Below are positions 29,039 through 38,643 of a stretch of 64,000 nt of DNA, piece after piece (the first letter of the stretch is position 1; the number at the start of each line of letters is the position of its first letter). The DNA comes from Candidatus Multivoradales bacterium (GTDB lineage Bacteria; Acidobacteriota; Thermoanaerobaculia; Multivoradales; J023). A program made the position numbers and the translations under genes. Under the pieces are notes generated by a model. It was not told where the DNA came from, made no database searches, and saw only the letters and a list, made by a program, of their open reading frames with translations. The stretch spans positions 448,001 through 512,000 of the forward strand of contig CBDFLE010000005.1 in the NCBI GenBank assembly GCA_965248925.1, in the 5' to 3' direction.

Positions 29039-30265
29039 TCAGTTCCAGCTCAGTAGGGTCAGGTGCAGGGAGTCTTTGATCAGCAGTCCATTTTCGACCA
29101 AGGCTGGCTGTGTCCAGGTGGCGCTGTCGGCGACCGAATAACCGGCCAATCGGCGAAACTGGTCGCGCCCCTGGGCGGTGACCAGCAGTTCACCGCGATC
29201 GGTCAAGATCAGTAATCGCTGATCGACGGCGATCAGCGCCGCCTGATCAGCCTGCCGCGGTTCACTCTCCCAGAACGATTTTCCGGTGCGGGGATCGAGG
29301 GCGAAGTAGCGCCCTTTATCGCGCTTGGTCAGTCCATAGAGAATCCCGCCGTCGATCACCGGGCTCGACATGTACATCGGCAGATCCGGGCGCTGCCAGT
29401 CCTGCTCGACTACAAAGTCCTCGCCCTGGCGGAAGATCTTCAACGCCAAGGTGCCACGGCGAACGCCAGAGAAGAACAGGCGTCCCTCGTGATAGATCGG
29501 CGAGACGATGTTCTCATTCCATTCATCGGTGAAAGGCAGGCTCCACAGCAACTCACCGGTGGCCAGACGTAGGCCGATGGCCGAGCGGCTGGTGAGCGTG
29601 ACTAGCTGCCGCACCCCAGCCAGATCGACGACAATGGGAGAAGCATATCCTGGGCCGCTGCCGGTCCAGCGCCACCGCTCCTCACCGCTCGCGGCGTCGA
29701 AAGCGATCAGCGCGCCGGCGCGGTCGTCGCCGAGGTGGGCCAGCAGCATGCCGTCGGCGACAATCGGCGAGGCGGCGCTGCCGCAAAAGAGCTTCTTGGA
29801 AGTGACGTTCTCGGAGTAGTCAAGACGCCACAACACCTTGCCACTCAAGGTGTCGATGGCCGACAGCATGCCGCTGGTGCCCAAGGTGTAGAGCCGGCCG
29901 TCGGCGACCACCGGCGTCGCGAAGGGTCCTTCGCCATGGGCGAGAGCGTAGGAGTTGCGGGCGAAAGGAGCGACGTAGCGTCCCCACCACAGCTGGTGGC
30001 CGTCACTGAGGCGAAAAGCCGCCACCGCTTCGCGATCGCCATCCCGAGTGTGAATAAAGACCCGCTCGTCGGCGACCACCGGTGAAGAATAGCCCTCACC
30101 AACCCGAACTCGCCACACCTGGCGTAGTTCCTCGGGCAGCTGCTGTGGTGGCTGGTGGGTTTTTGCCTTGCCGCTGCGGCTGCCACCGCGCCACTGATTC
30201 CAATCTTCCGCCGCGCAGGGCAGGGTGAGGAACCCAGCGAGCAAGAAGCCGGCAAGCGGCCGCAT
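29039..30265 (-). CDS. PQQ-binding-like beta-propeller repeat protein
   Basis: Signal peptide, DWNQWRG, repeated SSP/ASP and G...W blades; start probably 30265. Confidence 0.85.
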   Translation of the reverse strand: MRPLAGFLLAGFLTLPCAAEDWNQWRGGSRSGKAKTHQPPQQLPEELRQVWRVRVGEGYSSPVVADERVFIHTRDGDREAVAAFRLSDGHQLWWGRYVAPFARNSYALAHGEGPFATPVVADGRLYTLGTSGMLSAIDTLSGKVLWRLDYSENVTSKKLFCGSAASPIVADGMLLAHLGDDRAGALIAFDAASGEERWRWTGSGPGYASPIVVDLAGVRQLVTLTSRSAIGLRLATGELLWSLPFTDEWNENIVSPIYHEGRLFFSGVRRGTLALKIFRQGEDFVVEQDWQRPDLPMYMSSPVIDGGILYGLTKRDKGRYFALDPRTGKSFWESEPRQADQAALIAVDQRLLILTDRGELLVTAQGRDQFRRLAGYSVADSATWTQPALVENGLLIKDSLHLTLLSWN

Positions 30266-30434
30266 GATCGTCACCAAAGGCCGGCTCGGGGCAACCAATC
30301 GTGGTGGACTGAACAAGAAATCTCCTTTCATGGGCGCTACCGGGACCGCAGGGTGCTCAAGTTGTGCGTTACTCACTACTTTAGCAGTCAGCGGCTGAAT
30401 ACTGGGGCGGCCCGCTCACCTTGCCGCAGGCGAC

Positions 30435-31748
30435 CTAGCGACTGGCCTTGTCGAGTACATCGCCAACCGTAGTAGCCGCTTGCAGACAGTCGGCAATGCT
30501 GACCCCATGTAGCCAGTTGCCGAGCACCCGCAGACCGGGGTGGGCACCCTCCACTGCGGCGACTCCTCGCCGTATATTTTCTTGGCCCGTCGTCGGTTGG
30601 GGGATGCCGGGTCGCCAGCGGGTGATGGTGCTGAATACCGGCTCGGCGCTGAGCTCTAGCAACGGACGCAGATCGGCTACCACTCTCTGGCATAGGGTGT
30701 TGTCGTCCAGTTCGAGCAGCTCCGGCCGCGCCCGCCCGCCGACGATCACGGTCAAAGCGGTAGCACCACTCGGCGCGGTGTCAGGGAAGAGGGAAGAGCT
30801 GAACAAACAGCCAAGGACAGAGCGCTTTTCCTTGGCCGGCGCGAGAAAACCGAAGCCGTCCAGCGGATGGCCGACAGTGCCCGCGGCGAAGCCGAGACCG
30901 AGGGTCGCCACCGACGCATGTAGCGGCGTCGGCCATTTCGCCCCCAGGGGACGGAGCAGCCGCGCGCTGGCAGCCGCCGGTAGGGCGGTTACCAAACGCC
31001 TGCTGCTGAACTGCTCGCCGCTGGCGCTGGTCACCAAGAAGCCTTCACCGCTGTGCTCGATGGTGTTCGCCAGACAGCCGTAGCGCACTTGCAGTGGCTC
31101 GGCCAAGCGCCGCGCCAGGTGGCCAAAGCCACCGCGAAAACCCACCAACTGGCGTCGGGGAGCGCCTTTGGCGGTTTTCACCATTCCTCGCAGCAAGCTG
31201 CCCCAGCGTTGCTCTAAATCGAAGAGCCGTGGATAGGCTTCGCTGAGAGTCAGTTCGTCGGCATCGCCAGCGTAAATGCCGTAGACCAGGGCGTCGGCAA
31301 AATTGACCGCCGCCTCCGACCCCAGGCGGCGGCTGAGGAAAGCGCGCACTGATTCCTCGCTCTTAGTGCCGCGACGTTGCAGGGGTTCGGCCAGCAGCCG
31401 GAGTCGGCCACGCAGAGAGAGCAGGGGAGTGCGGAGCAGGGTGAGGGCCGAGCTGGGTAGTGCTTGCAACTGGCCGCCGTGCACCAAATAGCGCTTCTTG
31501 GACGCTGCTGCTGCTGGCTGCAAGTCGCCGGCACATCCGGCGGCGATGCACAGCTCTTCGAGGAGCGGACTACGGAACAGGGTGTTAGGGCCGGTCTCGA
31601 AGCGGAAGCCCATACCTTCGCGGTTCCCCATGGTGCCACCGGGACCTTTTTCCGCCTCCAGAAGCTGAGGTTCCAGGCCCATTTTGCGCAACTGATAGGC
31701 GGCGGCCAAACCGCTGATTCCGGCGCCGAGAATGAGTGCATCGTGCAT
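30435..31748 (-). CDS. hemY: protoporphyrinogen/coproporphyrinogen oxidase (HemY type)
   Basis: ILGAGISGLAAA, FETGPNT, GIYAGD, GFGFLAP; directly downstream of hemE. Confidence 0.88.
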   Translation of the reverse strand: MHDALILGAGISGLAAAYQLRKMGLEPQLLEAEKGPGGTMGNREGMGFRFETGPNTLFRSPLLEELCIAAGCAGDLQPAAAASKKRYLVHGGQLQALPSSALTLLRTPLLSLRGRLRLLAEPLQRRGTKSEESVRAFLSRRLGSEAAVNFADALVYGIYAGDADELTLSEAYPRLFDLEQRWGSLLRGMVKTAKGAPRRQLVGFRGGFGHLARRLAEPLQVRYGCLANTIEHSGEGFLVTSASGEQFSSRRLVTALPAAASARLLRPLGAKWPTPLHASVATLGLGFAAGTVGHPLDGFGFLAPAKEKRSVLGCLFSSSLFPDTAPSGATALTVIVGGRARPELLELDDNTLCQRVVADLRPLLELSAEPVFSTITRWRPGIPQPTTGQENIRRGVAAVEGAHPGLRVLGNWLHGVSIADCLQAATTVGDVLDKASR

Positions 31749-31786
31749 CGTTAGACGAGCGAGGTTGTGGTCTCGGGGCGGGGCTC

Positions 31787-32812
31787 TTAGCGCATGGTGG
31801 TGGAGCCGGCGTGCACCGCATCGACGAACGCGCGGGCGTTCTCTACTGGCGTCGTCGGCAGAATGCCGTGTCCTAGATTGGCGATGTGCGGCCCTCCACC
31901 GGCAGCTTGCAACAGGTCTTCGACCCGCGCCTCGATGCTCTCTCGGGTGCCCAATAGAGCCGTGGGATCGAGATTCCCTTGCAGGGTCTTGCCCGGCCCG
32001 ATGCGCTGACGAACCTGGTCTAGGGGCAGCCGCCAATCAACCGACAGCACCTCCACCGGCAGAGCCGCCAACTCGTCCAATAAGTGGGCGCCACCGTTGA
32101 CATAGAAGATCAAAGGCACCTTGCCGGCCAGTGGTTCGAGAATTTTCAGCAGCGAGGGCAGGGCGATCTCCCGCCAGCGCCGGGCATCGAGCAAGCCGCC
32201 CCAACTATCGAAGAGTTGGAGTGCCTGGGCGCCGGCGTCAATCTGCGCTTGCAGGTAGAGCAGCGAGGTTTCGGCCACCTTCGAGAGCAGCTGGCGCAGG
32301 CCGCTCGGGTCGCGGTAGCTCCAGCCGAGCAAGTGGGCGAAGGATTTCGAAGCCCCTCCTTCTACCAGATAAGCGGCCAGGGTCCAGGGGGTGCCACCGA
32401 AACCGATCAGCGGCACCCGTCCGGCTAGCTCGCGACGGAGCAGGCGAATGGCATCGAGCACGTAGCCGAGGCTAGCTTCGATGTCCGGGATCTTCAGGCG
32501 CGCCGCGGCTGCCGCATCGCGCACCGGTTCGAGCTGCGGCCCCTTGCCCTCGCTGAACCGCAGGCCGCTGCCCATCGCTTCGAGAGGTAAGAGAATGTCG
32601 GCGAACAGTATGGCGGCATCGACGCCGAGCACATCGATTGGCTGGAGGGTGACCTTTGCCGCCAACTCCGGTGTCTTGCACAGAGTCAGAAAGTCAGCTT
32701 GCTGGCGCACCTCCCGATATTGGGGCAGGTAGCGCCCTGCTTGGCGCATGATCCACACCGGAACGCGCTCGACGTCTTCACCATGGCAGGCTCTCAAGAA
32801 TAGGTCGTTCAT
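31787..32812 (-). CDS. hemE: uroporphyrinogen decarboxylase
   Basis: PVWIMRQAGRYLPQY, DAAILFADIL, QLFDSWGG, NLGHGI. Confidence 0.96.
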   Translation of the reverse strand: MNDLFLRACHGEDVERVPVWIMRQAGRYLPQYREVRQQADFLTLCKTPELAAKVTLQPIDVLGVDAAILFADILLPLEAMGSGLRFSEGKGPQLEPVRDAAAAARLKIPDIEASLGYVLDAIRLLRRELAGRVPLIGFGGTPWTLAAYLVEGGASKSFAHLLGWSYRDPSGLRQLLSKVAETSLLYLQAQIDAGAQALQLFDSWGGLLDARRWREIALPSLLKILEPLAGKVPLIFYVNGGAHLLDELAALPVEVLSVDWRLPLDQVRQRIGPGKTLQGNLDPTALLGTRESIEARVEDLLQAAGGGPHIANLGHGILPTTPVENARAFVDAVHAGSTTMR

Positions 32813-32860
32813 CAACTCAAGCCTAGCAGAGGCGTGGCCTGGGATAAGATCTAAGCCACC

Positions 32861-34732
32861 ATGTTTCGACTCGTCGCCTACGCACACAATGGGGTCCATC
32901 GCTTCGCGGTAGACCGTCGGGAGATGCTGCTCGGTAGCGCCGAAAGCTGCGCCATTCACCTACCATTTCCTGGGGTTAGTAGCCAGCATGCACGGCTGGT
33001 TGTCGACGGCGAAACACTGACTTTGCATGATCTTGGCGCCCGCAAGGGCCTGCTCGTCAATGGTGAGCGAGTGAAGTCGGCATCCCTGGAGGTGCTCGAC
33101 GAGATCCGTCTGGGTTCGATCGCCCTACTGGTCGAAGACGTGGTGCAAGAGGTAGCCACCGAGATACCCTCCGACGCGTCGCCGGTCACCCTGCCAACGA
33201 TCGATGCTGCCACCATGCTGCAGCACCTCATTCGCGTATCCGACTGGGTGCTTGCCGACTCTGCCAGCAACACCACTCTGGAATCCCTGGTCATCGAGCT
33301 GATCAAAGATTTCGGTGGTGGCGTGCTCTACCTTTTTCAGGGTGAAGACGAGCGCCGGGCGATCAAGTTCGTGGTCTCGTCCGAGGGCAAATGGCTGACC
33401 AGTGGGGAAGCTTTGCTGGCGCAAGTGGATACTGCTCGAGAGAGCCTTGGGCGGACGAGTAGACGGCCCACCTTCGGCCGCGCCGCGGCTCAACCGAGCG
33501 CCCCTCGCAGCGGTGGCGAGTTCGCAGGACGGCTCGACAGCGGCGACGCTTGGCTAGCTTTTCAGTCCCTCGAGGCTCTCGACCGGCCCTATCTTTTCGT
33601 CGCCGCTTTTCCCAATTATAGGCAGCAAGATTGGTCGCCGATCGATGGGCTGGGGATTCTCGGCAACCTGCTGATTCTCGGGTTGGTACACCATATCGGC
33701 CACTTCGAACCGATTCTATTGGGCTTGCCGTCGAGTGCCGAGCTGACTTTGGCGCCCGGCTTGGTGGTCGGCCAATCGGCGGCCATGCGGCGGGTGCTCG
33801 ATGAACTGCGGGCAGCCATCGATTCGCCGGTGCATGTGCTCTTGCGCGGTGAACCCGGAGTATTGAAGGAGCTCTTGGCGCGCTCGCTGCATCTTTCGGG
33901 AGCGCGCGCCGCCGGACCGTTTGAGGTGGTGTGTTGCGCTGGTGCCAAGCCGATGCAGGTCGAAGCAGAGCTCTTTGGCGGCCGGGTCGAGGGTCGCGTC
34001 GAGGCGGTGATTCGCCAGGGCAAATTGCAGACCGCCGACGGTGGCAGCTTGCTGCTGGAGGATGTCGAGACGCTGCCCCTGCCGTTGCAGGATCGCTTGA
34101 TGCGCTTTTTGCGCACCGGCCAGCCGGAATCGGTAGACGGATCGCCCGCGGCGGCATGCGATGTCCGCCTGATCTGCTCGTCGAGGGCCCCTCTGGAGGC
34201 TCTCGCAGCCCGTGATCAGCTGCGTATCGATCTCGCTTACAGCTTGTCGCGTTTCGCCGTGGACGTTCCCGCATTGCGCGAGCGACGGGAAGATTTGCCG
34301 ATGCTGATCCAGGCGGAGATCAATCGCTGTTGCCATGAAACCGGCAAACGAATCCACGGCATCACTGTCAAGGCCCTCGAAGCACTGGCAGTCTATGACT
34401 ATCCGGGCAACTTGATCGAATTGGAGAATATCGTTCGCCGGCTGGTCTATCTGTGCCCCTCCGGCCGTCCGATCGACGAAGCGATGCTGCCGCAGGAGAT
34501 TCGCCTGGCGAAGATCGCCGGCTTGAAGCCTGACATCAGCTCTGAGCTGGATCTCGAACGGCTGGTGGCCGACTGCGAGCGCGCTGCCATTCGAGAGGCA
34601 TTGCGGCGCAGTGATGGCAACAAAGCTGCCGCTGCTCGCGCCCTTGGCTTGTCTCGCAATGGGTTGGCGATGAAGATGAATCGCCTTGGCCTGGGGCGCG
34701 GCAAGGTCCAGCGTGGGGCGGTGTCGAGCTGA
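32861..34732 (+). CDS. FHA + sigma54-activator-like AAA + Fis-type HTH regulator with degenerate catalytic motifs
   Basis: FHA-like N-terminus (VSSQHA..VNG); AAA region GEPGVLKE, LLEDV, YPGNLIELEN; HTH GNKAAAARALGLSR. Confidence 0.85.
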   Translation: MFRLVAYAHNGVHRFAVDRREMLLGSAESCAIHLPFPGVSSQHARLVVDGETLTLHDLGARKGLLVNGERVKSASLEVLDEIRLGSIALLVEDVVQEVATEIPSDASPVTLPTIDAATMLQHLIRVSDWVLADSASNTTLESLVIELIKDFGGGVLYLFQGEDERRAIKFVVSSEGKWLTSGEALLAQVDTARESLGRTSRRPTFGRAAAQPSAPRSGGEFAGRLDSGDAWLAFQSLEALDRPYLFVAAFPNYRQQDWSPIDGLGILGNLLILGLVHHIGHFEPILLGLPSSAELTLAPGLVVGQSAAMRRVLDELRAAIDSPVHVLLRGEPGVLKELLARSLHLSGARAAGPFEVVCCAGAKPMQVEAELFGGRVEGRVEAVIRQGKLQTADGGSLLLEDVETLPLPLQDRLMRFLRTGQPESVDGSPAAACDVRLICSSRAPLEALAARDQLRIDLAYSLSRFAVDVPALRERREDLPMLIQAEINRCCHETGKRIHGITVKALEALAVYDYPGNLIELENIVRRLVYLCPSGRPIDEAMLPQEIRLAKIAGLKPDISSELDLERLVADCERAAIREALRRSDGNKAAAARALGLSRNGLAMKMNRLGLGRGKVQRGAVSS

Positions 34733-37700
34733 GCGGCAGGCGGCTCTCCCAGCTCCGCCGCTGGGCGCTCATCTGCGGTCTCGCCCTGTGGGCATGGAGC
34801 CCCGCCGGTGCCAGTTCGATCTGCGGTGCGCGGGGCGAGAGACGGGTCGCGGCAGCTTATGAGCAGTTGTGGCAGCAACTCCGCGTGCAGGCCAGCGAAG
34901 CGGCGCAGGGGGCTCCCACGGCTGACCGGCTGGCGGCATTCCGCTATCTCATACGCCTGGCCGGCGAGGCGCCAGACCTCACCCTGATCTTGCTCGATGC
35001 CGATGGTGAACCCTATGCCTGGGGGGGGCCTGGGCTGCGCGAGGAGCTGAGGTTTGCGTCCTTGCCCAGAACCGGCATTGCTCACCACGCGAGCTATACC
35101 GCCGTCACCCTGATGGCTATCGCACCCCTGACCGCTGAGCGGCGCTCATGGCGAGTGGTGGCTGGGCGCAGCTTGGCTTATCACCGCCTGCCCTTCGGTG
35201 CCGCGGCGAGGGATCGCCATCGCTGGGCGATCGACAGCCCGCCGGCCGGCAGCACCCAGGTGCTCGAAGTAGCGGTGGAGGGGCTGCCGACCCTCTTTGT
35301 GGACTGCGCGGTGAGCGTTGAAGCGGGCGATTCGAGGAGCGCTGAGGGCCGCTTGCTCTCGCGCGGCTGGGCCTTCTGGTGGGTCGGCCTGCTGCTCTTG
35401 ATGGCGGTTGGGTGGCTGCGCCGGGTCAGCGGCGAGCGGCGGGCCAGGCAATGGCCGTTGCTGGCGACGTGGAGTGCCGCGGCGGTCGCTTTGGCGGCGT
35501 TGGGCTGGCCAGTGGCGCCAGAGTCGGCCTGCTTGCTGGCCCTCGGCTGCTGGCTGGCGGTGGCGGGTTGGTGGGGCAGCCGAAGGGATTCTCGCACCGG
35601 TGCTACGGCGCTGTTGGGAGCGTTGGCGCCAGCTCTGCTAGGAGCGGTTTGCTGGGCCAGCCAGCGGCATTTTGGTGCGCTCGACTTGGCCGGCGACTTT
35701 CTGGGTAACGCAGACGTGATGGTGCGTCGCCTGGGCTTGTGCCTGGCCATACTCGGCGCTTTGACCTGGGCTGCCGGTCGTGGTGGCCTGGGCGAGCGCC
35801 GACGATGGCTGTGGTTGGCCGCCACACTACTCACTTTGGCAGCTTGTGGCCACGACTTAACGCTGCTGGCCTGGCCTCTGGTGTGTCTGGCTGCGCTAGC
35901 GGTGGCGCTGTGGTTGCGCGGCGTCGAGTATCGCCAACGCATTGCTGCCGCCGGCCTGCTGCTGCTGCTCGCCTCGGGACTCTCGGCGGTGGTTTGGGAA
36001 TGTACCTACCGCCAGGAATTTCGCCACCTGGCAGGCGACGAGTTGCTGCAACTCCTGCTGCCGCCCACTGAGCAAGAACTCGAGAAATTACGCCTCGAAG
36101 CCTTTGATTTCTTTGATTTGCGAGAGATGAAGGATTGGGTGCCCGGAGCGGAGTCTGAACTCGATAGCAGCGACCTGGCACTACAGTTGTGGCGCCACTC
36201 GCCGCTGGCCGAACGGGACGCTTTGTCGGCCTTGGTCATCGAACCACTGCACCAAGATGCCTCCAGTTTCTCTTTCGGCCTGCCTCTGACCCCGGGCCTT
36301 TTCTACGATCAAACTCGAGACTGGCGCTCGCGCTGTAACGTGCCGTCGGTGGCCGCCTGGCAACATCCGGTGGTCTACGGCGAGCACGATCTGAACCTTG
36401 AGGGTGAGCTTTGGGGCACGGTGCGTTATTGGTTGTTGCTACGGCCGGGTTTCCGCCTGCCGGTGCGCGAAGTCGACGAGCTGTCGCGCGCGCTACTGCG
36501 GGGTGAAGCGCCGTGTCGCGAAGTGGATGGCTTACCTCGAGACCTACTCTTCGCCGTCTACGCCGCGGACGGACGTGCGGTGGCCAGTCCGTGGGAAGAG
36601 GAGCCACCACTGGAACTCGACCCGCGAGCTCAACCACGGGGCGTTGCCGCCACACCGGTGGGCCGCAGCTGGTATTGGGCGAACGCCGATGAAGAGGCGG
36701 TCGAAGTGCTCTATCTGCCACTGCTGGGCCCCTTGGAAGGCTTGGAGCGTGCCGCGACCCATGCTCTGGGGACGCTGATACCGCTGGCTTTGCTCGGTCT
36801 CTTGGGCCTTGCTCTCGCCCTCCCGAGGGCAGCTTTCAGGGCCTTCTTGTCGCGCATCTGGCGCTCCTACTCGAAGCGGCTACTGCTGGTCTTCACGGTC
36901 TTGCTGTTCGTGCCCTTGCTGGCCCTCAACTTGGTCTTGCTGAATAGCTTCGAGGATCGACTCCGGCGCGAGCAACTGGCCAAGGGGGAAGCCGCTATCG
37001 CTTCGGCACGGCTGTATTTGATCTCCTACGTGCGCGGGCTGCGGGTGGGCTTTGATTTCGAGAGTGCGATCAGCGATGAGCTGTTCGATTGGATCTCGCG
37101 GATCGTCAACCACCAGGTCAGTTTGTACTGGGGGAGCACTCGCCTGGCTTCCAGTCGGCCAGAGCTGTTCACCACCGGCTTGTTGCCGGAGCGCATCCCC
37201 GGTGAGATCTACTCCCGCTTGGCTCTTCAGGGCTATCGGGTGAGCAGCCGGGCGCGAGAGGCTGAAGATGCGTCTTATCTGGAACTCTACGCACCGCTGG
37301 GCACCGGCGACGAGGAAGGGCTGGGAGAGAGCCTGTTCATTTCCGTGCCGTTGCTCGAGCAGCAACGGGGGGTTACCCGTGAATTGGCCACGCTGCGTCG
37401 CCAAGCGGTGCTGGTGACCGCCGCATTGTTCCTCGCCCTGCTGGCGGTCGGTAGCCGTCTGGCGCGAAGTTTCACCCGCCCGATCCGCCAACTGGTGGCG
37501 GGCACTCAGAGAATTGCCGAAGGCGCTCCCGCGCTCGGCCTGGCACCCCGCGAAGAGGAGTTGGCTCTGCTCGCCGATGCGATCGATCAGATGGCCCGGC
37601 GCATCGCCGTCGGCCGCCATGCGTTGGAGCGTGAGAAGGGAGTGATGGAACGGATGGTCGAGAACATCACCTCCGGGGTGGTGTCTCTCGACCGCCAGGG

Positions 37701-38643
37701 CCGGGTGTTGCTGCACAACCGGGTAGCGATTGAGCTGCTCGGAAGCAAAGTGGGGAAACCGCTGGCCGAGACTCTGGCTGGTGAAGCGCGCCTGGCGGCG
37801 GTGGCGCGCTTCGCCGCTGAGCAAGGAAAGCTTGCGCGCCGCGGCAACATCCGTTTGACCGACGACGACGGCCAGGATCGCGAGTGGGCCTTGACTTGGG
37901 TACCGGTGCCGGGCAGCGACGATCCCGCCGCCTTGCTGGTGGTGGACGACGCCACGGAGGTGTTGCGCAGCGAGCGTCTCGAAGCCTGGGTCGAGATGGC
38001 GCGCATCATCGCCCATGAGATCAAGAACCCGCTGACTCCGATCCGTCTCTCGGCCGAGCATCTGCGCGAAGTGTGGCGGCGTCACCCTGAGCGGCTCGAC
38101 GAGGTCTTCGAGCGTTGCACCAGCAACATTCTGAAACAGGTGGAAGCCCTGCGCCTGACCGCCAGCGATTTCTCGACCTATAGTCGCGTTCCACGGGCCG
38201 AACTTGCGGCCGGTGACTTGCGCGAACCGCTGCAAGAGATCTGTGATGCCTATGCCGACTCCGCCCGCGAAGGGGTGACCCTGGAATTGCAGCTGCCCGC
38301 CGAACCAGTTCCGGCACTATTCGATTTCCGGCTGCTCGGCCGGGCTTTGCGCAATTTGCTGGAGAACGCCCTCCGTGCCAGTGGTGACGGTGGCGTTGTG
38401 GAGGTGTCCGTCGAGGCCCAGCAGGCAGCCGTCATCACCGTCCGCGACGCGGGCCCAGGGGTTGACGAGTCGGCCTTGCCGCGAATCTTCGATCCCTATT
38501 TCTCTACTCATGACACTGGCACCGGGTTGGGCTTGGCGATCACCCGGCGCATCGTCGAAGAACACGGCGGCGTGATCGAAGCTCGCAACTGGGCTGGCGG
38601 CGGGCTTGAGGTGACTATTACAATGCCCTTGGCCAATGTCTGA
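34729..38643 (+). CDS. large multi-TM sensor histidine kinase (NtrY-like: HAMP-PAS-HisKA-HATPase)
   Basis: AHEIKNPLTP H-box, NLLENA, DAGPG, FDPYFST, GTGLGL; the frame is open back to CTG 34729, which overlaps the upstream TGA (ORF track starts at 34867). Confidence 0.88.
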   Translation: MSGRRLSQLRRWALICGLALWAWSPAGASSICGARGERRVAAAYEQLWQQLRVQASEAAQGAPTADRLAAFRYLIRLAGEAPDLTLILLDADGEPYAWGGPGLREELRFASLPRTGIAHHASYTAVTLMAIAPLTAERRSWRVVAGRSLAYHRLPFGAAARDRHRWAIDSPPAGSTQVLEVAVEGLPTLFVDCAVSVEAGDSRSAEGRLLSRGWAFWWVGLLLLMAVGWLRRVSGERRARQWPLLATWSAAAVALAALGWPVAPESACLLALGCWLAVAGWWGSRRDSRTGATALLGALAPALLGAVCWASQRHFGALDLAGDFLGNADVMVRRLGLCLAILGALTWAAGRGGLGERRRWLWLAATLLTLAACGHDLTLLAWPLVCLAALAVALWLRGVEYRQRIAAAGLLLLLASGLSAVVWECTYRQEFRHLAGDELLQLLLPPTEQELEKLRLEAFDFFDLREMKDWVPGAESELDSSDLALQLWRHSPLAERDALSALVIEPLHQDASSFSFGLPLTPGLFYDQTRDWRSRCNVPSVAAWQHPVVYGEHDLNLEGELWGTVRYWLLLRPGFRLPVREVDELSRALLRGEAPCREVDGLPRDLLFAVYAADGRAVASPWEEEPPLELDPRAQPRGVAATPVGRSWYWANADEEAVEVLYLPLLGPLEGLERAATHALGTLIPLALLGLLGLALALPRAAFRAFLSRIWRSYSKRLLLVFTVLLFVPLLALNLVLLNSFEDRLRREQLAKGEAAIASARLYLISYVRGLRVGFDFESAISDELFDWISRIVNHQVSLYWGSTRLASSRPELFTTGLLPERIPGEIYSRLALQGYRVSSRAREAEDASYLELYAPLGTGDEEGLGESLFISVPLLEQQRGVTRELATLRRQAVLVTAALFLALLAVGSRLARSFTRPIRQLVAGTQRIAEGAPALGLAPREEELALLADAIDQMARRIAVGRHALEREKGVMERMVENITSGVVSLDRQGRVLLHNRVAIELLGSKVGKPLAETLAGEARLAAVARFAAEQGKLARRGNIRLTDDDGQDREWALTWVPVPGSDDPAALLVVDDATEVLRSERLEAWVEMARIIAHEIKNPLTPIRLSAEHLREVWRRHPERLDEVFERCTSNILKQVEALRLTASDFSTYSRVPRAELAAGDLREPLQEICDAYADSAREGVTLELQLPAEPVPALFDFRLLGRALRNLLENALRASGDGGVVEVSVEAQQAAVITVRDAGPGVDESALPRIFDPYFSTHDTGTGLGLAITRRIVEEHGGVIEARNWAGGGLEVTITMPLANV

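Noticed and set aside
31749-32036. Long hemY/hemE overlap and the hemE extension to 32959
   Set aside because: ORF-caller extensions; motif-based starts are 31748 and 32812
36880-38235. Long antisense or alternate-frame ORFs (also 55296-56720, 56650-57978, 52163-53293)
   Set aside because: Typical GC-rich shadows of well-supported genes, with no recognisable motifs
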